From Heterodontus francisci (lineage: Eukaryota), in assembly GCF_036365525.1 (NCBI RefSeq), contig NC_090395.1:65621326-65685325 (forward strand): a DNA stretch of 64,000 bases. The letters run 5' to 3'. A program made the translations under genes and the position numbers. Below, one piece after another: positions 35,795 to 46,544 of this stretch (positions within the stretch are counted from its first letter, which is position 1; the number at the start of each line of letters is the position of its first letter). The notes under the pieces were generated by a model, which was given only the letters and a program-made list of their open reading frames with translations, was not told the DNA's origin and did no database searches.

Positions 35795-36728
35795 GCGAGA
35801 ACATCTCCATCAGCCTCAAGAAAACGAACATCATGGACAGGACATCAGAAATGCTCCATCCATCAATATCGGCGACCACGCTCTGGAAGTGCTTCAAGAG
35901 TTCACCTACTTAGGCTCAACTATCACCAATAACCTGTCTCTCGATGCAGAAATCAACAAGCGCATGGGAAAGGCTTCCACTGGTATGCCCAGACTGGCCA
36001 AGAGAGTGTGGGAAAATGGCGCACTGACACGGAACACAAAAGTCCGAGTGTATCAAGCCTGTGTCCTCAGTACCTTGTTCTACAGAAGCCGAGGCCTGGA
36101 CAACGTATGTCAGCCAAGAGTGACGTCTCAATTCATTCCATCTTCGCTGCCTCCGGAGAATCCTTGGCATCAGGTGGCAGGACCGTATCTCCAACACAGA
36201 AGTGCTCGAGGTGGCCAATATCCACAGCTTATACACCCTATGGAGTCAGCGGCGCTTGAGATGGCTTGGCCATGTGAGCCGCAAGGAAGATGGCAGGATC
36301 CCCAAAGACACATTGTACAGCGAGCTCGCCACTGGTATCAGACCCACCGGCCATCCATGTCTCCGCTTTAAAGACGTCTGTAAACGCGACATGATGTCCT
36401 GTGACATTGATCACAAGTCGTGGGAGTCAGTTTCCAGCGATCGCCAGAGCTGGCGGGCAGCCATAAAGGTGGGGCTTAAGTGTGGCGAGTCGAAGAGACT
36501 TAGCAGTTGGCAGGAAAAAAGACAGAAGTGTAAGGGGAGAGCCAACTGTGTAACAGCCCCGACAACCAATTTTTCCTGCAGCACCTGTGGAAGAGTCTGT
36601 CACTGTAGAATTGGCCTTTATAGCCACTCCAGGCGCTGCTCCACAAACGACTGACCACCTCTGGGCGCTTACCCATTGTCTCCTGAGACAAGGAGGCCAA
36701 AGAAGAAGAAGAAGAAGAAGAAGAAAAA
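35795..36728 (+). mobile_element. RTE-clade LINE, 5'-truncated (right arm) with (GAA)n tail
   Basis: RRLRWLGHV..RIPKDTLYSEL..CSTCGRVCHCRIGLYSHSRRC; (GAA)8 tail at ~36701-36725. Confidence 0.9.
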
Positions 36729-37253
36729 TAAATCAGGTCAAACTTTCTGCACTCAATAGAGTTGAGGAAAATATTACTGGGAATGTGCATTGATAAATAG
36801 ATTTAAGAGACAATTAGATGTATTTTGGAGAGTGGGAAAGTGGGTAGATAAGGTCATGCTCTGATAACACAACAGATGAGCTGGTTGGGCCTGACGACCA
36901 TTTCAAGTTCCTAAAAGGTTTTTTGCTGTTTTTGTGTTAGTACAATTAACATTTCTAACAGTAGAGCCAAGGCCAGCCTCCCTTTGTGTCCATCAGTAAT
37001 GATATTAAAAACTGTAGTCAATCTAAGGAGTAGTTCAGTCAAATAATAGATGCATTTAAGGGGAAGCTAGAAGGAGAATGGAACAGAAGGATATGTTGAT
37101 AGGGTTAGAGGAATGGGGCTGGGAGGAGGCTTGTGTGAACCATCAACACCAGTATGGACCAGTTGGGCTGAATGGCCCATTTCTGTGCTCCAAATTCTAT
37201 ATAGTCCAGACTTGTAAATTTCCGAACAGAGAAATCATACATAATCTCCTTAC

Positions 37254-37306
37254 CTGAGCATTATTAAGAGTGTTGTCTCTTCCATGACATGTAATGTCGT
37301 TTGTAT
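37254..37306 (-). CDS. Gene C first cytoplasmic exon
   Basis: tttttcag|AT ACA AAC...GCT CAG|gtaagg; 53 nt, phase 1 to 0; (D)TNDITCHGRDNTLNNAQ; exactly bridges the TM and ITIM exon phases. Confidence 0.8.
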
Positions 37307-37429
37307 CTGAAAAATTACAATATTACTGTTGACAAAGCTATATCGAGAATGCTTATTATGTTTAAAATGTCCAAACTGAGCATGGGTTGCAATTTGCACT
37401 GCCTCACATTGATCTATATTCATTGGAAG

Positions 37430-37990
37430 GAAGATGTTATGTTACCTTTAATTACAAAGGGATTAGAGTATAAGAGTAAAGAAGTCTTACTACAATTTTA
37501 CATGATATTGGTGAGGCCACACCTGGAGTACTGTGTACAGTTTTGATCTCCTTACCTAAAGAAGGATGTACTAGCCCAAGGTTCATTCAACTGTTCCTGG
37601 GATAAGAGGATTGTTCAATGAGGACATGTTGAATAGACTAGGCCTGTATTCCATGGAGTTTAGAAGATTCTTAAGGGGCTTGACAGGGTAGATGCTGAGA
37701 AAATGTTTCCCTGGCTGGGGAATCCAGAACATGGAGTCACAATCTCAGGACTGAGGTGAAGTGAAATTTCTTCACTGGAAAGGTTGTGAATCTTTGCAAT
37801 TCTCTAATGCAGAGAGCTGTGGATGCTCAGTCATTGAGTTGATTCAAGACAGAGAACAATAGATTTTGGGTACTAAGGGAATTAAGGGATATGGGGATGG
37901 TGCAGGAAGGTGGAGTTGCCGTGGAGAATATTGAATGGTGGAGCAGGCTCGAAGGGTCAAACAGTCTATTCCTGCTCTTATGTTCTTAAG
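37430..37990 (+). mobile_element. CR1 3' fragment
   Basis: KGLEYKSKEVLLQFYMILVRPHLEYCVQF through to the 3' tail. Confidence 0.8.
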
Positions 37991-39903
37991 TTCTGATCTG
38001 AACCTCATCTGCATTGCACTCAGGAATCCCTACATAGAGCGAAAAACTGCTCTGGTTATTATGCATAACATTAAGAAGGAATGAAGGTAGCTTTCGTCCT
38101 CGCCATCTGACAAAGCAGATCACCTTCCTGTTGTACAACCTATCAGATTTTCATCCTCTAGATTTCTACAAGGTGCTCTGTCAGATTATCGTCCAAGACG
38201 TGAAGATGAAAATTACCCCCATCCCACCACTGTGTGTTTAGCGTTTTGTGACGCAAAGACTGATCAATTCTAAGCTGAAAATGAGATCCTGTTCTTTTGT
38301 GTCATTCGTGGGAGGCCAAGGAATTCATCACAAGGAGAAATAAGTAGAGGCGGGTGAAACTAGTTTATTTTACAGCAAGTGGGAGGAGGTGGCGTACTGA
38401 TAATGTCACTAGGCTAGCAACCCAGAGCCTCAGGCTAATGCTGTGGGGACATGAATTCAAATCCTACCACGGCAGATGGTGAAATTTGAATTCAATTAAT
38501 AAATCTGGAATTAAAAGCTAGTCTAATGGTGACCATGAAACCATTGCTGATTGTTGTAAAAACCCATCTGGTTCACTAATTCCTTTAGGGAAGGAAATCT
38601 GCCGTCCTTACCTGGTCTGGCCTACATGTGACTCCAGACCCACAGCAAGGTGGTTGACTCTTAAATGCCCTCTGAAATAGCCTAGCAAGCCATTCAGTTG
38701 TATCAAACTGCTACAAACTTCTAAGAAAGAAAACAAACCTGGAAATACCACCTGGCATTGACATGGGCACCGGAAATGACAACGGCAAACCCAACCCTAT
38801 CTACCCTGCAAAGTCCTCCTCACTAACATCTGGAGAGCTGATCCACAGATTAGTCAAGCAACAGGCTGACATAGTCATACTCACAGAAGCATATCTTTTT
38901 GACAAGGTCCCTGACACCACCATCACCATCCCAGAGATGGCAGCACAGTGATATAAAATTGAGAGGGAGTTAGTTGCCCTGGGAGTTCTCAACATTGACT
39001 CTGGACCCATGAAGTCTCATGGCATCAGGTCAGATATGGGCAAGAGATCCTCCTGCTGATTACCACCGACTGCCCCCTGCCTCGGCTGATGAGTCAGTAC
39101 TCCTCCATGTTGAACACCATTGGAAGAAGCACTGAGGGTGGCAAGGGCGAAGAATGTACTCTAGGTGGGGGACTTCAATGTCCATCACCAAGAGTGGCTC
39201 GGTAGCACCACTACTGCCTGAGCTGGCCGAATCCTAAAGGACATAGTTGCCAGACTGCGTCTGTGGCAGGTGGTGAGGGAACCAACCAGAGGGAAAAACC
39301 TACTTGACTGCGTCCTCTCCAATCTACCTGTCGCAGATTCATCTGTCCATATAGTATTGGTAGGAGTGACCACCGCACAGTTCTTGTGGGGACAAAGTCC
39401 CAACTTCACATTGAGGGTACTCACCATCGTGTTGTGTGGCACTACCACTGTGCTAAATGGGATAGATTTCAAACAGATCTAGCAATTCAAAACTAGGCAT
39501 TCATGAGGCACTGTGGCCCATCAGTAGCAGCAGAATTATATTGAACACAATCTGTATTCTCATGGCTTGGCATATCCCGCTCTCTATCATTCCCATCAAG
39601 CTGGGGGACCAACCCAGTTCACTGAAGAGTGCAGGGGGGGTGCATGCCAGGAGCAGGACCAGGCACAACTAAAAATGAGGTGTCAGCTTGGTGAAGTGAC
39701 AACCCAGGACTACTTGCATGCCAAACAGCGGAAGCAGCATGCAATAGGCAGGGCCAAGCGATTACACAACCAACAGATTAGATCTAAACTCTGCAGTCCT
39801 GCCACATCCAATCGTGAATAACAAAGAACAAAGAACAAAGATAATTACAGCACAGGAACAGGCCCTTCGGCCCTCCAAGCCTGCGCCGATCCAGATCCTC
39901 TCT

Positions 39904-42858
39904 CTAAACATGTCGCCTATTTTCTAAGGTTCTGTATCTCTTTTCTTCCTGCCCATTCATGTATCTGTCTAGATACATCTTAAAAGACTCCATCGTGCCC
40001 GCATTTACCACCTCCGCTGGCAATGCGTTCCAGGTGCCCACCACCCTCTGCGTAAAGAACTTTCCACGCATATCCCCCCTAAACTTTTCCCCTTTCACTT
40101 TGAACTCGTGTCCTCTAGTAATTGAAACCCCCACTCTGGGAAAAAGCCTCTTGCTATCCACCCTGTCTATACCTCTCATGATTTTGTACACCTCAATCAG
40201 GTCCCCCCTCAACCTCCGTCTTTCTAATGAAAATAATCCTAATCTACTCAACCTCTCCTCATAGCTAGCGCCCTCCATACCAGGCAACATCCTGGTGAAC
40301 CTCCTCTGCACCCTCTCCAAAGCATCCACATCCTTTTGATAATGTGGCGACCAGAACTGTACGCAGTATTCCAAATGTGGCCGAACCAAAGTCCTATACA
40401 ACTGTAACATGACCTGCCAACTCTTGTACTCAATGCCCCGTCCGATGAAGGAAAGCATGCCGTATGCCTTCTTGACCACTCTATTTACCTGCGTTGCCAC
40501 CTTCAGGGAACAGTGGACCTGAACACCCAAATCTCTCTGGACATCAATTTTCCCCAGGACTTTTCCATTTACTGTATAGTTCACTCTTGAATTGGATCTT
40601 CCAAAATGCATCACCTCGCATTTACCCTGATTGAACTCCATCTGCCATTTCTCTGCCCAACTCTCCAATCTATCTATATTCTGCTGTATTCTCTGACAGT
40701 CCCCTTCACTATCTGCTACTCCACCAATCTTAGTGTCGTCTGCAAACTTGCTAATCAGTCCACCTATACTTTCCTCCAAATCATTAATGTATATCACAAA
40801 CAACAGTGGTCCCAGCACGGATCCCTGTGGAACACCACTGGTCACACGTCTCCATTTTGAGAAACTCCCTTCGACTGCTACTCTCTGTCTCCTGTTGCCC
40901 AGCCAGTTCTTTATCCATCTCGCTAGTACACCTTGGACCCCAAGCGCCTTCACTTTCTCCATCAGCCTGCCATGGGGAACCATATCAAACGCCTTACTGA
41001 AGTCCATGTATATGACATCGACAGCCCTTCCCTCATCAATCAACTTTGTCACTTCCTCAAAGAATTCTATTAAGTTGGTAAGACATGACCTTCCCTGCAC
41101 AAAACCATGTTGCCTATCACTGATGAGCCCACTTTCTTCCAAATGGGAATAGATCCTATCCCTCAGTATCTTCTCCAGCAGCTTCCCTACCACTGACGTC
41201 AGGCTCACTGGTCTATAATTACCTGGATTATCCCTGCTACCCTTCTTAAACAAGGGGACAACATTAGCAATTCTCCAGTCCTCCGGGACCTCACCCGTGT
41301 TTAAGGATGCTGCAAAGATATCTGTTAAGGCCCCAGCTATTTCCTCTCTTGCTTCCCTCAGTAACCTGGGATAGATCCCATCCGGACCTGGGGACTTGTC
41401 CACCTTAATGCCCTTTAGAATACCCAACACTTCCTCCCTCCTTATGCCGACTTGACCTAGAGTAATCAAACATCTGTTCCTAACCTCAACATCCGTCATG
41501 TCCCTCTCCTCGGTGAATACCGATGCAAAGTACTCGTTTAGAATCTCACCCATTTTCTCTGAGTCCAAGCATAACATTCCTCCTTTGTCCTTCAGTGGGC
41601 CAATCCTTTCTCTAGTTACCCTCTTTCTCCTTATATATGAATAAAAGGCTTTGGGATTTTCCTTAACCCTGTTTGCTAAAGATATTTCATGACCCCTTTT
41701 AGCCCTCTTAATTCCTCGTTTCAGATTGGTCCTACATTCCCGATATTCTTTCAAAGCTTCGTCTTTCATCAGCCGCCTAGACCTTATGTATGCTTCCTTT
41801 TTCCTCTTAGCTAGTCTCACAATTTCACCTGTCATCCATGGTTCCCTAATCTTGCCATTTCTATCCCTCATTTTCACAGGAACATGTCTCTCCTGCACGC
41901 TAATCAACCTCTCTTTAAAAGCCTCCCACATATCACATGTGGATTTACCTTCAAACAGCTGCTCCCAATCTACATTTCCCAGCTCCTGCCGAATTTTGGT
42001 ATAGTTGGCCTTCCCCCAATTTAGCACTCTTCCTTTAGGACCACTCTCGTCTTTGTCCATGAGTATTTTAAAGCTTACGGAATTGTGATCACTATTCCCA
42101 AAGTAGTCCCCTACTGAAACTTCAACAACCTGGCCGGGCTCATTCCCCAACACCAGGTCCAGTATGGCCCCTTCCCGAGTTGGACTATTTACATACTGCT
42201 CCAGAAAACCCTCCTGGATGCTCCTTACAAATTCTGCTCCATCTAGACCTCTAACACTAAGCGAATCCCAGTCAATGTTGGGAAAATTAAAATCTCCTAT
42301 CACCACCACCCTGTTGCTCCTACATCTTTCCATAATCTGTTTACATATTTGTACCTCTATCTCACGCTCGCTGTTGGGAGGCCTGTAGTGCAGCCCCAAC
42401 ATTGTTACCGCACCCTTCCTATTTCTGAGTTCTGTCCATATTGCCTCACTGCTCGAGTCCTCCATAGTGCCCTCCTTCAGCACAGCTGTGATATCCTCTT
42501 TCACCAGTAATGCAACTCCTCCACCCCTTTTACCTCCCTCTCTATCCCGCCTGAAGCATCGATATCCTGGGATATTTAGTTGCCAATCATGCCCTTCCCT
42601 CAACCAAGTCTCAGTAATAGCAATAACATCATACTCCCAGGTACTAATCCAAGCCCTAAGTTCATCTGCCTTACCTACTACACTTCTTGCATTAAAACAA
42701 ATGCACCTCAGACCACCAGTCCCTTTATATTCATCATCTGCTCCCTGCCTGCTCTTCCCCTTAGTCACACTGACTTCATTATCTAGTTCCTTACAGGCTT
42801 TAGTTACTACCTCCTTACTGTCAACTGACCTCAATTTGTTCCCATCCCCCTGCCACAT
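39904..42858 (-). CDS. CR1 ORF2: APE endonuclease + reverse transcriptase (984 aa)
   Basis: NARS, ITETW, GDFN, SDH; PGPDG, YRPVSL, DFSKAFD, GVPQGSVLGP, FADD; no stops. Confidence 0.97.
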   Translation of the reverse strand: MWQGDGNKLRSVDSKEVVTKACKELDNEVSVTKGKSRQGADDEYKGTGGLRCICFNARSVVGKADELRAWISTWEYDVIAITETWLREGHDWQLNIPGYRCFRRDREGGKRGGGVALLVKEDITAVLKEGTMEDSSSEAIWTELRNRKGAVTMLGLHYRPPNSEREIEVQICKQIMERCRSNRVVVIGDFNFPNIDWDSLSVRGLDGAEFVRSIQEGFLEQYVNSPTREGAILDLVLGNEPGQVVEVSVGDYFGNSDHNSVSFKILMDKDESGPKGRVLNWGKANYTKIRQELGNVDWEQLFEGKSTCDMWEAFKERLISVQERHVPVKMRDRNGKIREPWMTGEIVRLAKRKKEAYIRSRRLMKDEALKEYRECRTNLKRGIKRAKRGHEISLANRVKENPKAFYSYIRRKRVTRERIGPLKDKGGMLCLDSEKMGEILNEYFASVFTEERDMTDVEVRNRCLITLGQVGIRREEVLGILKGIKVDKSPGPDGIYPRLLREAREEIAGALTDIFAASLNTGEVPEDWRIANVVPLFKKGSRDNPGNYRPVSLTSVVGKLLEKILRDRIYSHLEESGLISDRQHGFVQGRSCLTNLIEFFEEVTKLIDEGRAVDVIYMDFSKAFDMVPHGRLMEKVKALGVQGVLARWIKNWLGNRRQRVAVEGSFSKWRRVTSGVPQGSVLGPLLFVIYINDLEESIGGLISKFADDTKIGGVADSEGDCQRIQQNIDRLESWAEKWQMEFNQGKCEVMHFGRSNSRVNYTVNGKVLGKIDVQRDLGVQVHCSLKVATQVNRVVKKAYGMLSFIGRGIEYKSWQVMLQLYRTLVRPHLEYCVQFWSPHYQKDVDALERVQRRFTRMLPGMEGASYEERLSRLGLFSLERRRLRGDLIEVYKIMRGIDRVDSKRLFPRVGVSITRGHEFKVKGEKFRGDMRGKFFTQRVVGTWNALPAEVVNAGTMESFKMYLDRYMNGQEEKRYRTLENRRHV

Positions 42859-43805
42859 TAGTTTAAACCCTCCCCAACAGCATTAGCAAAAGCACCTCCA
42901 AGGACATTGGTTCCAGTCCGGCCCAGGTGTAGACCGTCCAATTTGTAATAGTCCCACCTCCCCCAGAACCGGTCCCAATGTCCCAAAAATCTGAACCCCT
43001 CCTTCCTGCACCATCTCTCAAGCCACGCATTCATCCTGACTATTCTTTCATTTTTACTCTGACTATCACGTGGCACTGGTAGTAATCCTGAGATTACTAC
43101 CTTTGAGGTCCTACTTTTTAACTTGGCTCCTAACTCCCTAAACTCTGCTTGTAGGACCTCATCCCGTTTTTTACCTATATCATTAGTGCCTATGTGCACA
43201 ATGACAACTGGCTGTTCACCCTCCCCCTTTAGAATGTTCTGCAGCCGATCTGAGACATCCCTGACCCGTGCACCTGGGAGGCAACATACCATTCGGGAGC
43301 CTCGTTTTCGACCACAGAACCGCCTATCTACTCCCCTTACAATCGAATCCCCTACGACTATAGCCCTTCCACTCTTTTTCCCGCCCTTCTGAACAGCAGA
43401 GCCAGCCACGGTGCCATGGACCTGGCTACTGCTGCCTTCCCCTGGTGAGCCATCTCCCTCAACAGTATCCAAAACGGTATACTTGTTTTGGAGGGAGATG
43501 ACCGCAGGGGACTCCTGCGCTGCCTTCCTGCTCTTTCTCTGCCTTTGGGTCACCCATTCCCTTTCTCCCTCAGCAATCCTCATCTGCGGTGTGACCAATT
43601 CACTAAACGTGCTATCCACAACCTCCTCAGCATCTCGCATGCTCCAAAGTGAGTCCATCCGCAGCTCGAGAGCCGTCATGCGGTCTAACAAGAGCTGCAG
43701 TTGGACACACTTCCTGCACGTGAAGGAGTCAGGGACATCAGCCATGTCCCTGAGCTCCCACATTGAGCAAGAGGAGCATGACACGGGTCTGAGATCTCCT
43801 GCCAT
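42858..43805 (-). CDS. CR1 ORF1: zinc finger/leucine zipper + SGNH esterase (~315 aa)
   Basis: AAAATGG start; CSSC..CRKC; GDSIV, HIGTND, DGLH; the stop overlaps the ORF2 start as TAATG. Confidence 0.93.
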   Translation of the reverse strand: MAGDLRPVSCSSCSMWELRDMADVPDSFTCRKCVQLQLLLDRMTALELRMDSLWSMRDAEEVVDSTFSELVTPQMRIAEGEREWVTQRQRKSRKAAQESPAVISLQNKYTVLDTVEGDGSPGEGSSSQVHGTVAGSAVQKGGKKSGRAIVVGDSIVRGVDRRFCGRKRGSRMVCCLPGARVRDVSDRLQNILKGEGEQPVVIVHIGTNDIGKKRDEVLQAEFRELGAKLKSRTSKVVISGLLPVPRDSQSKNERIVRMNAWLERWCRKEGFRFLGHWDRFWGRWDYYKLDGLHLGRTGTNVLGGAFANAVGEGLN

Positions 43806-43985
43806 TTTTAATCTTAAGCTTAACTTAGTTAAATGAAAAAGGAACGAAAAGTTTTTGCCAATCACAATAAAACCAGAGAAATCAAAAAAGATTTACCTTA
43901 TAAACACCCCACCGAGTCCTTTTTTTTTTTGGTTAGAGGAGGAGGGCGGGTGGGAGACACGACAAGTGTGGTGTCTCGGGTTCAG

Positions 43986-45097
43986 AAACCGCCCAAATAT
44001 ATAGTGTTTTACTTACCCAGCAGCCCCCTGGCCTCCGCCGAAAAACAAAAGGGAATTAAATTTACTTTCAAACCGACCTTCCCAGCTGCTCACTCGCTCA
44101 CACTCTGCTCCCGAAAAAGCTGCTGCAATGAAAGGAAAGTTATTTTAAACCGCCCAAATATATAGTGTTTTACTTACCCAGCAGCCCCCTGGCCTCCGCC
44201 GAAAAACAAAAGGAAATTAAATTTACTTTCAAACCGACCTTCCCAGCTGCTCACTCGCTCACACTCTGCTCCCGAAAAAGCTGCTGCAATGAAAGGAAAG
44301 TTATTTTAAACCGCCCAAATATATAGTGTTTTACTTACCCAGCAGCCCCCTGGCCTCCGCCGAAAAACAAAAGGAAATTAAATTTACTTTCAACCGACCT
44401 TCCCAGCTGCTCACTCGCTCACACTCTGCTCCCGAAAAAGCTGCTGCAATGAAAGGAAAGTTATTTTAAACCGCCCAAATATATAGTGTTTTACTTACCC
44501 AGCAGCCCCCTGGCCTCCGCCGAAAAACAAAAGGAAATTAAATTTACTTTCAACCGACCTTCCCAGCTGCTCACTCGCTCACACTCTGCTCCCGAAAAAG
44601 CTGCTGCAATGAAAGGAAAGTTATTTTAAACCGCCCAAATATATAGTGTTTTACTTACCCAGCAGCCCCCTGGCCTCCGCCGAAAAACAAAAGGAAATTA
44701 AATTTACTTTCAAACCGACCTTCCCAGCTGCTCACTCGCTCACACTCTGCTCCCGAAAAAGCTGCTGCAATGAAAGGAAAGTTATTTTAAACCGCCCAAA
44801 TATATAGTGTCTTACTTACCCAGCAGCCCCCTGGCCTCCGCCGAAAAACAAAAGGAAATTAAATTTACTTTCAAACCGACCTTCCCAGCTGCTCACTCGC
44901 TCACACTCTGCTCCCGAAAAAGCTGCTGCAATGAAAGGAAAGTTATTTTAAACCGCCCAAATATATAGGTTTTACTTACCCAGCAGCCCCCTGGCCTCCG
45001 CCGAAAAACAAAAGGAAATTAAATTTACTTTCAACCGACCTTCCCAGCTGCTCACTCGCTCACACTCTGCTCCCGAAAAAGCTGCTGCAATGAAAGG
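43986..45097 (-). repeat. Seven tandem 160-161-bp monomers in the CR1 5' UTR
   Basis: Unit starts on + at 43986, 44147, 44308, 44468, 44628, 44789 and 44950; near-identical copies. Confidence 0.97.
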
Positions 45098-46544
45098 CTG
45101 AATGGTGGTGGACAATGAAACAACTGGTAGGAGGAGGAGGCTCCACGAACATCTCCATCCTCAAAGATGGGGGAGCCCAGCACATTAGTGCAAAAGAAAA
45201 GACTGAAGCATTTGCATCCATCTTCAGCCAGAAATGCCAAGTGGATGATTCATCTCAGCCTCCTCCTGAGGTCCTCAGTATCACAGATACCAGCCTTCAG
45301 CCAATCCGATTCACTCCACATGATATCAAGAAACGACTGAAGGCCCTGGATACTGCAAAGACTATGGGCCCTGACAACATTCCTGCAATAGTACTGAAGA
45401 CCTGCGCTCCAGATCTTGCTGCACCTCCAGCCAAGCTGTTCCAGTACAGCTACAGCATTAGCATCTACCCGGCAATGTGGAAAATTGCCAAGCATGTTTT
45501 GTGTGCAAAAAGCAGGACAAATTCAAACCGGCTAATTACTGCCCTATCAGTCTACTCCCGATCATCAGCAAAGTGATGGAAGGGGTAATCGACAGTGCTA
45601 TCAAGTGGCACTTGCTCAGCAATAACCTGCTCACATGCTCAGTTTGGGTTCCGCCAGGGCCACTCAGCTCCTGACCTCATTACATCCTTGGTCTAAACAT
45701 GGACAAAAGAGCTGAACTCAAGAGGTGAGGTGAGAGTGACTACCCTTGACATCAAGACAGCATTTGACCGAGTAGGGTATCATAGAGCCCGAGTAAAACT
45801 GGAGTCAATGCGAATCGGGGGAAAACCCTCCGTTGGTTAGAGTCATACCAAGCACAACGGAAGATGGTTGTGGTTGTTGGAGGTCAATCATCTCAGCTCC
45901 AGAACACCACTGCAGGAGTTCCTCAGGGGTTGTCTCCTGGGCCCAACCATCTTCAGCTGCTTCATCAATGACCTTCCCTCCATCATAAGATCAAATGTGG
46001 GGATGATTGCTGATGATTGCACAATGTTTGGCACCATTCACGACTCCTCAGATACTGAAGCAGCCCATGTCCATATGCAGCAAGACCTGGACAACATACA
46101 GGCTTAGGCTGATAAGTGGCAAGTAACATTCACGCCACACAAGTGCCAGGCAATGACCATCTCAAACAAGAGAGAATTTAACCATCTCCCCTTGACATTC
46201 AATGGCATTACCATCACTGAATCCCCCACTATCAACATCCTGAGAGTCACCATTGACCAGAAACTGAACAGGCCCAGCCACATAAACGCTGCAGCTACAA
46301 GAGCAGATCAGAGGCTGGGAATTCTGCGGCAAGTAACTCACCTCCTGTCTCCCCAGTTCCTGTCCACCATCTACAAGGCACAAGTCAGGAGTGTGATGGA
46401 ATACTCTCCACTTGCCTGGATAGGTGCAGCTCCAACAACACTCATGAAGCTCAACACTATCCAGGGTAAAGCAGCCCACTTGACTGGTACCCCATCCACC
46501 ACTTTCAACATTCACTCCCTCCACCACCAATGCTTAAAGGCTTA

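Larger units (their letters stand above)
39820..45098 (-). mobile_element. Full-length CR1 LINE with intact ORF1 and ORF2
   Basis: 5-bp TSD TGAAT (39815-39819 / 45099-45103), 3' (TTCTTTG)n-type tail, two open ORFs and 5' tandem monomers. Confidence 0.95.
38385..46530 (+). mobile_element. Single-ORF CR1-clade LINE with a tRNA-SINE-like 5' head, split by the intact CR1
   Basis: Head 38385-38700; EN from ~38810 (DIVILTEAYL, VGDFNVH, VREPTRGKNLLD); RT 45100-46530 (MGPDNIP, INDLP, ADDCT, YKAQVRSVMEYSPLAW); many lesions. Confidence 0.85.

Noticed and set aside
39959-43836. Plus-strand ORFs opposite the CR1
   Set aside because: Antisense shadows of the CR1 coding frames.
43986-45097. Regular repeat array resembling CRISPR
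   Set aside because: The units are contiguous and near-identical with no unique spacers; eukaryotic context; part of a LINE 5' UTR.
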